A stretch of DNA of 64,000 nucleotides, from contig JAEYOP010000030.1 in assembly GCA_023411575.1 (NCBI GenBank), positions 244,926 to 308,925 of the forward strand, written 5' to 3'. Under the pieces are notes generated by a model, which saw nothing but the letters and a program-made list of their open reading frames with translations, ran no database searches and was not told the origin of the DNA. Shown in pieces: positions 40,084 to 49,299 of this stretch. Within the stretch, counting starts at the first letter, position 1, and each line of letters starts with the position of its first letter. A program made the translations under genes and the position numbers. This stretch comes from Bacillota bacterium. GTDB lineage: Bacteria > Bacillota > Clostridia > Acetivibrionales > DTU013.

Positions 40084-41166
40084 TCAGTTGGCTTTCACTT
40101 CCGTCCAGATCTTGCTGTATTCCTTGTTGATTTCATCGCCGGGGTATTCGAAGATTTCGCAGTTCTTCAGGTCCTCGTCCTGCGGATAGGCCGCCCGGTC
40201 CGACGTCAGCGCCGGATCCAGCTTTTTCATCACTTCCGTTTGGGGAGTGGCGTAGCCGATGTATTCCGTATTGTTATAAGCCGCATCTGTACTGCACATG
40301 AAGTTGATGAAGGTTTCGGCTTCTTTCTGGTGCTTGCTGGTATTGGGGATTACCATGGAATCAAACCAGTAGTTTGTGCCTTCTTTCGGGATCGCATAGG
40401 CGAGGTTTTCATTCTCGGACATGCAGTAATAGGCGTCTCCTGACCATACCACCGCAAGCGCCGCCCCGTCGCCTATCATCATATCCTTTACTTCATCCAC
40501 CACATAGGCGTAGACCAGGGGCTTTTGCTCCGTCAGCTTTGCTTTTGCCTGCTCCAGTTGGGAAAGCTCCTGGGTGTTCATGGAAAAACCGAGCATTTTC
40601 AGGGTGATTCCGATGCTGTCCCGTTCGCTGTCCGGCATGAGGATTTGCTTGTTGTATTTTTTATCCCATAGGATCTTCCAACTGTCCACCGGGTCCGAAA
40701 CCATGGTCTTGTTGTACAGGATTCCCACCGTGCCCCACATATAAGGAACGGAATATTCGTTGTTCGGATCATAGGACAGGTTTTTGAACCGGTCGCCGAT
40801 GTATTTGTAATTGGGGATATTGTTCAGGTTGATTTTATTCAGCATGCCCTCGTCCTTCATCCGCTTGATCATGTAGTCCGAAGGAATGGCCACGTCATAC
40901 GCCGAGCCGCCGGTCTTGATCTTCACATACATGTCCTCGTTGGTGGTGAAGGTTTCATAATTCACCCTGATGTCGGGATAGGCCGCTTCGAAATCGGCAA
41001 TAGTACTCTCGCCGATATACTCGCCCCAGTTGAATACATTGATCGTGACCTGGCCGTCCGAAGCGGTACCGCCGCCCGAGGCCGTTGCCGGACCGCCGCA
41101 TGCGGCCAGTGCGAATGCGCAGACAGCCAGTGCGGCAAAAACAACGAAGCTTTTTTTCATTTTCAT
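40084..41166 (-). CDS. potD: Spermidine/putrescine ABC transporter substrate-binding lipoprotein
   Basis: 360 aa. Lipobox LAACGG and PotD-like body (VFNWGEYIGE.., YSVPYMWGTVGILYN). It is the last gene of the pot operon. Confidence 0.88.
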   Translation of the reverse strand: MKMKKSFVVFAALAVCAFALAACGGPATASGGGTASDGQVTINVFNWGEYIGESTIADFEAAYPDIRVNYETFTTNEDMYVKIKTGGSAYDVAIPSDYMIKRMKDEGMLNKINLNNIPNYKYIGDRFKNLSYDPNNEYSVPYMWGTVGILYNKTMVSDPVDSWKILWDKKYNKQILMPDSERDSIGITLKMLGFSMNTQELSQLEQAKAKLTEQKPLVYAYVVDEVKDMMIGDGAALAVVWSGDAYYCMSENENLAYAIPKEGTNYWFDSMVIPNTSKHQKEAETFINFMCSTDAAYNNTEYIGYATPQTEVMKKLDPALTSDRAAYPQDEDLKNCEIFEYPGDEINKEYSKIWTEVKAN

Positions 41167-41196
41167 TTTATTTCCCCCTTTAAATGCTGCAAACAG

Positions 41197-42009
41197 CTAT
41201 ATCAAATTACTCAGTTTGGCGGTTTCCTTGGCGCCCCCGCCCGGGTTCGGGCCGGAGGACCTTCTATTTATGATCAGCAGCAGTCCGAGCACCGTAATGA
41301 ACATGATGGTGGACAATGCGTTTATTTTCGGATTGATCCCGCGCCTTGCCATGGAGTAGATCGTGATGGAAAGGGTGGAGACCCCGGAACCCGTTGTAAA
41401 GAAGCTGACGATGAAATCGTCCAGGGACAGGGTGAACGCCAGCAGGAAGCCCGTGATGACCCCCGGCATGATCTCGGGCAGGATTACCTTGCGGAATGCG
41501 AGCAAAGGCGTTGCGCCCAGGTCGAGGGCCGCTTCCCTGAGGTTGTTGTTCAGCTGCTTGAGCTTGGGCAGCACCGACAGGATCACATAGGGCACATTGA
41601 AGCTGATATGCGCCAGCAAAAGCGTCAGGAACCCAAGCTTGAGGTTCACGAAGATAAACAGGATCATCAGGGAAATGCCGGTCACGATATCGGGATTCAA
41701 CACCGGCAAATAGGTCAGGTTCATGATCAGGGACTTTTTAAGCTTGCCCATATTGTGAATGCCCACCGCAGTGGCAGTGCCCATGACCGTTGCGATCAAG
41801 GAAGCCGACAGGGCCACGGCCAGCGTGTAATACAGCGAGGACATGATCTGCGTGTCCCGGAACAGCTCGCCGTACCACTTCAGCGTGAAGCCGTCCCAGT
41901 GCGCCCTGGATTTGGAGTTGTTGAACGAATAAATGATCAGGACGAAAACCGGCGCGTACAGGAAAGCGAACATGAGAAACAAATAGGCCTTCTTGACGGT
42001 TTTTTTCAA
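41197..42009 (-). CDS. potC: Spermidine/putrescine ABC transporter permease
   Basis: 270 aa with six hydrophobic segments and an EAA-type loop (REAALDLGATPLLAFRKVILP). The ATG overlaps the potB stop (ATGA). Confidence 0.88.
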   Translation of the reverse strand: MKKTVKKAYLFLMFAFLYAPVFVLIIYSFNNSKSRAHWDGFTLKWYGELFRDTQIMSSLYYTLAVALSASLIATVMGTATAVGIHNMGKLKKSLIMNLTYLPVLNPDIVTGISLMILFIFVNLKLGFLTLLLAHISFNVPYVILSVLPKLKQLNNNLREAALDLGATPLLAFRKVILPEIMPGVITGFLLAFTLSLDDFIVSFFTTGSGVSTLSITIYSMARRGINPKINALSTIMFITVLGLLLIINRRSSGPNPGGGAKETAKLSNLI

Positions 42010-42830
42010 AACAGCCCACCTCCCGCCTCTTCTTTGTCATACCGGGACATGATCCCCATGCTGGCCAGGATCAGGAGCATCATGATAATGGAAACGGCGG
42101 AACCGAAATTCCAGTCGTAAACCCGCATGAACTGGTCTTCGATGAGGTTTCCGATCAGGGTGTACTGGCTGCCGCCGAGGAGCTTGGAAATGACAAAGGT
42201 GGTTACGGCCGGCATGAACACCATGGTGATCCCCGAAACGACTCCGGGCATGCTCAGGGGAAAGGTGATCCTCCGGAAAACGGTGAGGGAATCGGAGCCC
42301 AGATCTTCCGCCGCCTCAACCAGGCTGGAGTCGATCTTGCTCATGACCGAGAAGATCGGCAGGACCATAAACGGCAGGAAGTTGTAGACCATGCCCAGTA
42401 CCACCGCCGAATCGGTGTACAGGATGTTCAGCTGGGGAAGCCCCAGGGCGCCGAGAAAGGTGTTGACCAGGCCCTTGCGCTCCAGCAGCGTCATCCACGC
42501 GTAGGTCCGCAGCAGGAAATTCATCCACATGGGGATGACGAAAAGCAGCACCATCAGGTTTTTCCGGCTCAAATCCTTGCTGGCCAGGATCATGGCCACA
42601 GGGTATCCGAGAATGAGGCAGATGAACGTGCTGATCAGCGCCAGGGCGACAGAACGTACCAATACCTTGATATAAATGGGCTGCATGAATTTTTCAAAGT
42701 TTTCCGGCGAAAGCACCTTGCCGGAATCGGTGCTGACGGTGACGCTGTAATACAGTACGAGGACCAGCGGCACCAGAATGAAGATCAGCATCCAGACCAC
42801 GTATGGGTACGATGTCCATCCTTTTTTCAT
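42006..42830 (-). CDS. potB: Spermidine/putrescine ABC transporter permease
   Basis: 274 aa from the ATG at 42830 ([17 protein letters not shown]..). EAA loop [21 protein letters not shown]. The ATG overlaps the potA stop (ATGA). The upstream extension in the ORF track is rejected. Confidence 0.88.
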   Translation of the reverse strand: MKKGWTSYPYVVWMLIFILVPLVLVLYYSVTVSTDSGKVLSPENFEKFMQPIYIKVLVRSVALALISTFICLILGYPVAMILASKDLSRKNLMVLLFVIPMWMNFLLRTYAWMTLLERKGLVNTFLGALGLPQLNILYTDSAVVLGMVYNFLPFMVLPIFSVMSKIDSSLVEAAEDLGSDSLTVFRRITFPLSMPGVVSGITMVFMPAVTTFVISKLLGGSQYTLIGNLIEDQFMRVYDWNFGSAVSIIMMLLILASMGIMSRYDKEEAGGGLF

Positions 42831-43876
42831 GTTGGCTGCACCTTTTTCATTATTTGTATATCGTAGGGCTGTATCTTCAGCCCCACCTTCGAATCCACCG
42901 GTTCCATGGCCGTGCTGTGGACGATCCAGCTGTAGCCGTTTTCCCCGACGACCTGCATTTCGTAATGGACGCCCTTGAAGGTGACCGATTTGACCCATCC
43001 CTGCAGCAGGTTTTCATTTTCGTGCATCAGCCGGATGTCCTCGGGCCGGATGACGACATCCACATTTTCATTGGGGCCGAAGCCTTTATCAACGCAGTCG
43101 AATTCGCGGTTTGCGAATACCACCCGGAAATCCTGGACCATGACGCCGTCAATGATGTTGCTTTCTCCTATGAAATCCGCCACAAAGGCGTTTTTTGGCT
43201 CGTTGTAGATGTCCTGCGGAGTTCCGATCTGCTGGATCGTTCCCTGCTGCATGACGACGATGGTGTCCGACATGGTGAGGGCCTCCTCCTGGTCGTGGGT
43301 GACGTAGATGAAGGTGATGCCAAGCCGCTTCTGGATGTTTTTCAGCTCCGACTGCATCTCCTTCCGGAGCTTCAGGTCCAGCGCCCCGAGGGGCTCGTCC
43401 AGCAGGAGCACCTCCGGCTCGTTCACCAGCGCCCGGGCGATGGCGATCCGCTGCTGCTGGCCTCCGCTGAGGGTGTCCACGGTCCTTTTTTCAAAACCGG
43501 AAAGGTTGACCATGGCCAGCATTTCGCCCACCTTTTCCCGGAGGACATTTTTGTCCGTCTTTTTTATTTTCAGCCCGAAGGCGATGTTCTCGAAAACGTT
43601 CATATGGGGGAAGAGGGCGTATTTCTGGAATACGGTGTTGACCTTCCTTTTGTAAGGAGGAACGCCGTTGATGTTTACGCCCTCGAACAGAACGGAGCCC
43701 GAGGTGGGGGTCTCAAAGCCGCCTATGAGCCGCAGCGTCGTTGTCTTGCCGCAGCCGCTGGGCCCCAGGAGGGTGATGAATTCGTTCTGCCGTATGTAAA
43801 GGTTGATTCCCTTAAGGGCTTCATGTCCGTCGTATTCTTTTGTCAGATCGACCAGTTCGATAATATGGTTGGACAT
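42827..43876 (-). CDS. potA: Spermidine/putrescine ABC transporter ATP-binding protein
   Basis: 349 aa from the ATG at 43876 (SD aaggag). Walker [10 protein letters not shown], signature [14 protein letters not shown], Walker B LLLDEP, and a C-terminal TOBE-like domain. Confidence 0.92.
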   Translation of the reverse strand: MSNHIIELVDLTKEYDGHEALKGINLYIRQNEFITLLGPSGCGKTTTLRLIGGFETPTSGSVLFEGVNINGVPPYKRKVNTVFQKYALFPHMNVFENIAFGLKIKKTDKNVLREKVGEMLAMVNLSGFEKRTVDTLSGGQQQRIAIARALVNEPEVLLLDEPLGALDLKLRKEMQSELKNIQKRLGITFIYVTHDQEEALTMSDTIVVMQQGTIQQIGTPQDIYNEPKNAFVADFIGESNIIDGVMVQDFRVVFANREFDCVDKGFGPNENVDVVIRPEDIRLMHENENLLQGWVKSVTFKGVHYEMQVVGENGYSWIVHSTAMEPVDSKVGLKIQPYDIQIMKKVQPT

Positions 43877-43914
43877 ATCCTTCGCTCCTTCTTTCTGTGT
43901 TTCGCAGCCGGCCC

Positions 43915-44454
43915 TTAAAAGCTCGGAGGGGTCGAAACCCATAAAACCCTTGCGGCGGTCTTGCCCGCATTCGATATGTAATGTACGGCGTTGGGCCTGA
44001 AATAAAAGCTCTCATCCTTTTTGACCCGGTATTTTTTGTTTCCCAGGTGAATGTGGATGCTGCCGGAAAGGAGGTAGCCGAATTCCTCCCCGTCGTGGGG
44101 ATCGTCGATTTCCGAAGCGCCGCCCTCGGCCAGCACCATCAGGATGGGCTCCATGCGGTTCTTCTGCGAATCCGGCACGATCCAGTGGAGCTCGTTCTTC
44201 CGTTCGCCGTCCTCCTTGACGAATACGTCCTCTTTGCTAAAAACGATTTTTTCATCCACCGCTTCATTGAAGAAGTCCTTCAGGTTCGAACCGAGGCACT
44301 GGAGCAGGTCCACCAGGGTTGCGATGGACGGGGAGGTCAGATCCCGTTCGATCTGGGATATGAAGCCCTTCGACAGCTCGCTCCGGTTGGCAAGCTCCTC
44401 CTGGGTCAACCCGTTCTTGACCCGGAGCATTTTGATTTTATTGCCGATTTTCAT
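43915..44454 (-). CDS. XRE-family HTH plus cupin transcriptional regulator (PuuR-like), first gene of the pot operon
   Basis: 179 aa from the ATG at 44454. [47 protein letters not shown] (HTH_3) and a C-terminal cupin ([17 protein letters not shown]..). Confidence 0.85.
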   Translation of the reverse strand: MKIGNKIKMLRVKNGLTQEELANRSELSKGFISQIERDLTSPSIATLVDLLQCLGSNLKDFFNEAVDEKIVFSKEDVFVKEDGERKNELHWIVPDSQKNRMEPILMVLAEGGASEIDDPHDGEEFGYLLSGSIHIHLGNKKYRVKKDESFYFRPNAVHYISNAGKTAARVLWVSTPPSF

Positions 44455-44513
44455 GTTCCACCTGCCCAGGAACAACCGAAAAATTATTTTCCGCTTGTTC
44501 CTTGCTCAAAATA

Positions 44514-44530
44514 CTAAACATTTTGTTTAG
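44514..44530 (-). promoter_or_regulatory. Perfect palindrome, candidate operator of the XRE/cupin regulator
   Basis: CTAAACA-ttt-TGTTTAG (44514-44530), with a third half-site-like CACTAAAC at 44534-44541. It lies between the predicted -10 and the regulator start codon on the minus strand. Confidence 0.45.
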
Positions 44531-44555
44531 AAACACTAAACTTACAAAACAATTT

Positions 44556-44585
44556 ATTATAAACATAATGACCGTTTATTGTCAA
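44556..44585 (-). promoter_or_regulatory. Candidate sigma-A promoter of the regulator-potABCD operon
   Basis: On the minus strand: TTGACA (44585-44580), 18-nt spacer, TATAAT (44561-44556). Confidence 0.5.
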
Positions 44586-44620
44586 TATTTACGATATAAA
44601 ACTGAAAGTTGTCGAAAGCG

Positions 44621-45334
44621 TCATTCTGCAAGGAGCCGGCGGGCTTTTTCGATGCTTTGGCCGTCCGGCGGGGAAACGCCGGCAAGAGGGTATTCCAGGC
44701 CGAGTTGCTCCCATTTGTACGAGCCCATGGAATGGTAGGGGAGAACCTCGACCTTTTGTACGTTCCGGAGCGTTCGGATAAAAGCGGCCGCCGCCTTCAA
44801 ATCCTCCTCCGAATCCGTATATCCCGGAACCAGCACATAGCGGATCCAGACCGGGATGCCCAGATCGGACAGCCGCCGCGCAAATGCGGCGGGCTTTTCC
44901 CGGCCGACGCCGGTGATTTCCCGATGGGCTTCGTCGCAGGCATGCTTGATATCGAGCAGCACAAGGTCGGTGCAGGACAGCAGCCCGTCCAGGTTGTCGG
45001 GCCCGGAAAAGCCGCTGGTGTCCAGGGCGGTGTGGATGCCGCTTTCACGGCACCTGCGGAACAGCTCCGCCACAAAGGAAGGCTGCAGCAGCGGTTCGCC
45101 GCCGGAAACCGTGACGCCGCCGCCGGAAAACTTCATATAGCCCGTATACCTGGAGATTTCCCTCATTACTTCGTCCACCGTATATTCGCGGCCGCCGAGG
45201 GGTTCCCACGTATCCCGGTTGTGGCAGTAAAGGCAGCGGAGCGGGCAGCCCTGCAGGAACGCCACAAAACGGATGCCGGGTCCGTCCAGCGTCCCGAAGG
45301 TTTCAAAGGAATGGATGCGGCCGGTTCGGTCCAA
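44621..45334 (-). CDS. pflA: Pyruvate formate-lyase (glycyl-radical enzyme) activating enzyme
   Basis: 237 aa. [38 protein letters not shown] matches E. coli PflA almost residue for residue ([38 protein letters not shown]). TTG start at 45334 with GGAGG 9 nt upstream. Confidence 0.92.
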   Translation of the reverse strand: [237 protein letters not shown]

Positions 45335-45351
45335 TTCGGTTTACCTCCGAC

Positions 45352-45382
45352 AAAAAATAGGGAATGAAAGGTTTTTCATTCC
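45352..45382 (-). terminator. Rho-independent terminator (minus strand) between the 147-aa ORF and pflA
   Basis: GGAATGAAA (45361-45369) pairs with TTTCATTCC (45374-45382), 9 bp with a 4-nt loop. On the minus strand it is followed by CTATTTTTTG (complement of 45351-45360). Confidence 0.7.
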
Positions 45383-45438
45383 TAGTACCATACTGGTATT
45401 ATGCTGCCGGAACGTCTGAAAATCAAGAGGATAATGTT

Positions 45439-45882
45439 TTACGACACCAGGATGTCGAATATTTTGATCACCTTATCCATGTAAACCTTCTGGCGGCTGT
45501 TAAAGGCCGGGGCAATCACCTTCAGCGTCTGGAGCAGCTGGCCTATGCCCATGCCGCCCGCGCCGCCCGCGCCGCCGCTTTTCCCCATTTCCCGGAAATG
45601 ATGCTTGATTCCCCGGTAGGTGCTGCTGTAATGGCTGCTCAGCCGGAAGGCCTCGCCGAAGGAGCCGCCCCTCACCGCGGGGAAAATGTCCGAAATGGAG
45701 GTCAGGGTATCCTGGAGGAGCGTCAGGCGGTCAGGCTGCGGAATTTCAACGGGCTGCCCGTTTTCGTCCGCCCGGACGGGATTCTGCAGCTGTCTCATTC
45801 TTTGTATGACGAGCAATGCGTTCGTAATCGTTTCAATATCCATTTTTTGTTCCATCGATCTATCACCGGTTTCCCATTTCAC
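45439..45882 (-). CDS. Hypothetical protein (no family recognised)
   Basis: 147 aa from the GTG at 45882, or 138 aa from the ATG at 45855 (MEQKMDIETITNALLVIQRMRQLQ..). It contains a Gly-rich stretch, GKSGGAGGAGGMGIG. Codon usage resembles its neighbours and it ends at a terminator. Confidence 0.45.
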   Translation of the reverse strand: MKWETGDRSMEQKMDIETITNALLVIQRMRQLQNPVRADENGQPVEIPQPDRLTLLQDTLTSISDIFPAVRGGSFGEAFRLSSHYSSTYRGIKHHFREMGKSGGAGGAGGMGIGQLLQTLKVIAPAFNSRQKVYMDKVIKIFDILVS

Positions 45883-46028
45883 TACCTTATATTATGTCAA
45901 ACCTGCGATAATGTTGCGTTCCCGGACCGGTGAATATGCCGGATGCACATGCCGGTCCCATTTTACGGAAACGACATATTGTCACAGGGCTGCGAATTGG
46001 GATATACTTGATATGGGGGTGGTCTTAT

Positions 46029-47249
46029 TTGACTGGAATGGTGATCGCAGACGACGAACTGCTTATAAGGCAAGGGCTCCAAACCATATCATGGACCGAT
46101 TACGGCATCGAAATCAAGGGGATCGCATCCAACGGGACGGAGGCCCTTTCCCTGATTGAGTGCACTTTTCCGGAAATACTCCTGACCGACATCCGGATGC
46201 CCGGAATGGACGGCCTGAGGCTGATCCAGGCGGCCAAAAAGCTTCTGCCGGACATCAAGTCCATCCTGCTGACGGGGTACCAGGATTTCGGCTATGCCCA
46301 CTCGGCCATCCAGCTCGGCGCCATGGGTTACATCCTGAAGCCTTCCGATCCGGACGAGATCATCCGCACGGTCCTGAAGGCCAAGGAGCAGGTGGACGCC
46401 GAGCAGGCGGAAAAGCGCAGCCGGGAGAGGATCCGCCAGCAGATCGACGGGGTGCAGAATATTCTGATCCAGTCCTTTTTAACGGATCTGCTGTACGGGC
46501 GGATCACGGATGCCGCCGTGATCTCCGAAACCTGCCGGAAATACGATATTTGCTTCAGCAACGCCATCGTCCTGCTCGTCGAAGCCGGCCTGGAAGGCCG
46601 GGAACCGGACGGCGGGCTGATGCCGGGGCTGAAAGAGGAGATCCGGGGAGTGCTGTCCGACCTGAATACCGTATATACCGTCGATATGGATTCCACCTCC
46701 GTCTGCGCCGTTATCGAATTTCCTGCGGCGGCGGTGCCGGAACAGGACATTGTCCTGTCCATGGCGGCGGGGGTGCGGAATCATCTGGAAAGCCTCCTGG
46801 GCATCCATGCCGGCGTCGGAACGGGAATGTACTGCAGGAGCGCGTCGGAGCTCCACAGGGGCTACCTCCAGGCGCTGAACGCGATCCGGACCGGAACGAT
46901 TCCTGCCAGGAACGCTACGGTCAAGAACATCCTGGACTTTATCGAAAGCCGTTTCATGGAGGATATTACGCTCCTTATGGCTTCCGAGCACGTTTATATG
47001 AACCATATCTATTTAAGCCGGCTGATCAAGAAGGAAACCGGCGAGAATTTCATCGACATCCTGACCCGCGCCCGGCTGCGGAAAGCCTGCGAAATGCTGC
47101 GGGAAACCAGCCTGAAAACCTATGAAATCTCCGAAATGGTCGGCATAAAGGATTCTGGCTATTTCAGCCAGGTGTTCAAGAAACGGTTCGGGGTAACGCC
47201 TTCGGAGTACAGGGAAAACGCATTGTCTTCAACGAGGTCAAAGGGATGA
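46029..47249 (+). CDS. Two-component response regulator, CheY receiver plus AraC-type HTH (YesN-like)
   Basis: Receiver motifs (VIADDELLIRQGL.., LLTDIRMPGMDGL, GYILKP). C-terminal AraC HTH (ITLLMASEHVYMNHIYLSRLIKKETGENFIDILTRARLRKACEMLRETSLKTYEISEMVGIKDSGYFSQVFKKRFGVTPSEYR). The TTG at 46029 (SD GGGGGTGG 6 nt upstream) is preferred. An alternative is the ATG at 46038. Confidence 0.85.
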   Translation: MTGMVIADDELLIRQGLQTISWTDYGIEIKGIASNGTEALSLIECTFPEILLTDIRMPGMDGLRLIQAAKKLLPDIKSILLTGYQDFGYAHSAIQLGAMGYILKPSDPDEIIRTVLKAKEQVDAEQAEKRSRERIRQQIDGVQNILIQSFLTDLLYGRITDAAVISETCRKYDICFSNAIVLLVEAGLEGREPDGGLMPGLKEEIRGVLSDLNTVYTVDMDSTSVCAVIEFPAAAVPEQDIVLSMAAGVRNHLESLLGIHAGVGTGMYCRSASELHRGYLQALNAIRTGTIPARNATVKNILDFIESRFMEDITLLMASEHVYMNHIYLSRLIKKETGENFIDILTRARLRKACEMLRETSLKTYEISEMVGIKDSGYFSQVFKKRFGVTPSEYRENALSSTRSKG

Positions 47250-49006
47250 AAATCATAGCGAAGCGCCTCAATGACATGCCCATCAAAAACAAGCTGCTGC
47301 TTGCGTTTCTATTGCTGATCATCCTGCCGGTCATGCTGATCGGCTTTTTTTCCTTCTACACCTCCAAGGGCCTGCTCAAGCAGAAAACCGAACAGTATAC
47401 CAGCGATGTCCTTATGGAAACGGGCGAGAATGTGGACGTGAAGCTTCGGGAAATCGAACGGCTGTCCTTTCAGATCGTGTCCAGCATGCCCATCCAGCAG
47501 TCTTTGCGGAAAGCCAACAAGGGGGTCACGGACGAGTATGAAAAAATCGATGTGGAACAGACGATCGATACCCAGCTGAAGGGCTTCCTTACGCCGGAGC
47601 TGGACATTGCCGCCATCCGGATCATCTCGCTTTCGGGGATCACCTATTATGTCAATCCGGGTTCCATTGCCTTCGGCAACGTCGACGGCGAAAAGGAAAT
47701 TCTGGAGAAAGGGGTCGGAAGCGCCGTATGGTTCAAGACGGAGCCCCGCTACGGCACCATAACCGTGGGCAGGGCCATCAACAGCATTGTCAACCAGGAA
47801 ATGATCGGCTTTCTGTTCATAAACCTCCGGGAAAGCTCCCTCTACAACATTTATAAAAAGACGGAGCTGTTCAAAAACGGGGAGATTTACATCATCGACA
47901 AGGAAGGGTCCATCCTTTCCCACAAGGACAAGAAGCTTCTGAACACCTTTGTCGGCGACGCGGCGGAAGGGATCACCCTCGACAGCCTGCGGGACAATTT
48001 TATCACCGCCTCCGTCAACTCAAAGATGTATTATATTGCTTCCAGGGCGATCAACAACGCCCATTGGAAAATCATCGCCATCATCCCGACAGAGCAGTAT
48101 GAAGGCGACATCCTCCGGCTCCGCAGTTGGACGATCATCATCTGCGCCTCCTGCTGCCTGCTGGCCCTGCTGATTTCCCTGGCCCTGTCGGGCAGCATAT
48201 CCCTGCCGCTGCGCAAGCTTTCCTCCATGATGGAGAGGGTCGGAAAGGGGGATTTCAGCGTATCGATTTCCTATGATTCGAAGGATGAGGTGGGGATCCT
48301 GAGCAGCCATTTCAACAAGATGGTCGCCCAGGTGCAGAAGCTGATCCAGGAGGTCTACCAGGAGCAATACCTCACCCAGAAGGCGGAGCTCAAATCCCTC
48401 CGGATGCAGATCAATCCCCATTTCCTGTACAATACGCTGGAATCGATCAACTGGATGGCCCGCATCAAAGGCGCGCCCGAAATAGGGGATATGGTCAAGG
48501 CGCTGGGGGATCTGATGCGGGTGAGCATCAGCGGCGAGGATTTCATCCCGGTCGGGGAGGAAGTGGGAAACGTCGTCAATTACCTCAAGATACAGAATTT
48601 CCGGTATGGGGACCGGTTTGAGGTCCGGATTCATATTGAGCCGGACATTGAAAAGATCCTGGTGCCGAAGCTCATTTTGCAGCCCATCGTCGAAAATGCC
48701 ATTGTTCACGGCCTGGAGGAGAAGGTTGGCAATGGGCGGATTGAAATTACCGGCGTATTGGAGGAGGGCAACATCGTCATTACGGTTGCCGACAACGGGG
48801 TCGGGATGGAGGAGGAGAAAGCGGCGGTCATCCTGGACGACGGCGGGGAGGAAGCCGCCCACGGCGACAACCATACCCATATCGGCCTGAAAAATGTGGA
48901 CCGCCGGATCAAGCTGTATTACGGGCAGCAATACGGCCTTTCCGTCGCTTCGGTTCCCGGAAGCGGAACAACGGTGCGGGCGGTTCTTCCCATGGAGCAG
49001 AATTAA
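47246..49006 (+). CDS. Sensor histidine kinase (YesM-like: TM, extracellular sensor, TM, HAMP, His_kinase, HATPase)
   Basis: 586 aa. QINPHFLYNTLESINWMA (His_kinase H-box), HAMP-like LPLRKLSSMMERVGKGDFSV, and an ATPase domain (DNGVGM.., GIGLKNVDRRIKLYYG). The ATG overlaps the regulator stop (ATGA). Confidence 0.88.
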   Translation: MKIIAKRLNDMPIKNKLLLAFLLLIILPVMLIGFFSFYTSKGLLKQKTEQYTSDVLMETGENVDVKLREIERLSFQIVSSMPIQQSLRKANKGVTDEYEKIDVEQTIDTQLKGFLTPELDIAAIRIISLSGITYYVNPGSIAFGNVDGEKEILEKGVGSAVWFKTEPRYGTITVGRAINSIVNQEMIGFLFINLRESSLYNIYKKTELFKNGEIYIIDKEGSILSHKDKKLLNTFVGDAAEGITLDSLRDNFITASVNSKMYYIASRAINNAHWKIIAIIPTEQYEGDILRLRSWTIIICASCCLLALLISLALSGSISLPLRKLSSMMERVGKGDFSVSISYDSKDEVGILSSHFNKMVAQVQKLIQEVYQEQYLTQKAELKSLRMQINPHFLYNTLESINWMARIKGAPEIGDMVKALGDLMRVSISGEDFIPVGEEVGNVVNYLKIQNFRYGDRFEVRIHIEPDIEKILVPKLILQPIVENAIVHGLEEKVGNGRIEITGVLEEGNIVITVADNGVGMEEEKAAVILDDGGEEAAHGDNHTHIGLKNVDRRIKLYYGQQYGLSVASVPGSGTTVRAVLPMEQN

Positions 49007-49035
49007 ATTTTTTTGGGAAATTTATACTTTCGTAC

Positions 49036-49064
49036 TTGACAAAATTCAATTTGCAGCATAAAAT
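49036..49064 (+). promoter_or_regulatory. Strong sigma-A-type promoter upstream of the nitrogenase-like operon
   Basis: TTGACA (49036-49041), exactly 17 nt, TAAAAT (49059-49064). About 235 nt upstream of the first CDS. Confidence 0.6.
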
Positions 49065-49133
49065 ATATAAAAACGATAGGTATACTTTGGTTAAAAGAGA
49101 ATAGCACGTTGCAAAGTTGACCAGAAAACTGGA

Positions 49134-49168
49134 GGCTAAGTTCATCTAAACATGAGCTTGGCCTTTTT
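49134..49168 (+). terminator. Intrinsic terminator inside the leader of the nitrogenase-like operon (attenuator or 3' end of a short RNA)
   Basis: GGCTAAGTTCAT (49134-49145) pairs with ATGAGCTTGGCC (49152-49163). That is 12 bp with two G-U pairs and a 6-nt loop, followed by TTTTT (49164-49168). Confidence 0.6.
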
Positions 49169-49299
49169 GTATTTGCCGCCGCAGGAGCCGGGCTGCGGCC
49201 TTCGGGGAGCAGACAGCGGCCCGGGGAGCAAACTGCTGCAGAGGAAGCGGAGCCGGATTTCCGCAGGTTTCCAACAAAGAAAAGAATGGAGGAAGAAGC

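Noticed and set aside
49065-49299. Possible S-box (SAM-I) or T-box riboswitch upstream of the sulfur-linked nitrogenase-like/cysK operon
   Set aside because: I looked for the SAM-I core (..AGAGGGGnGGAGGGAnnGGCCC..GAAACC..) and the T-box sequence (AAnnnGGGTGGTACCGCG) and found neither. The leader is kept as an unclassified candidate rather than assigned to a known class.
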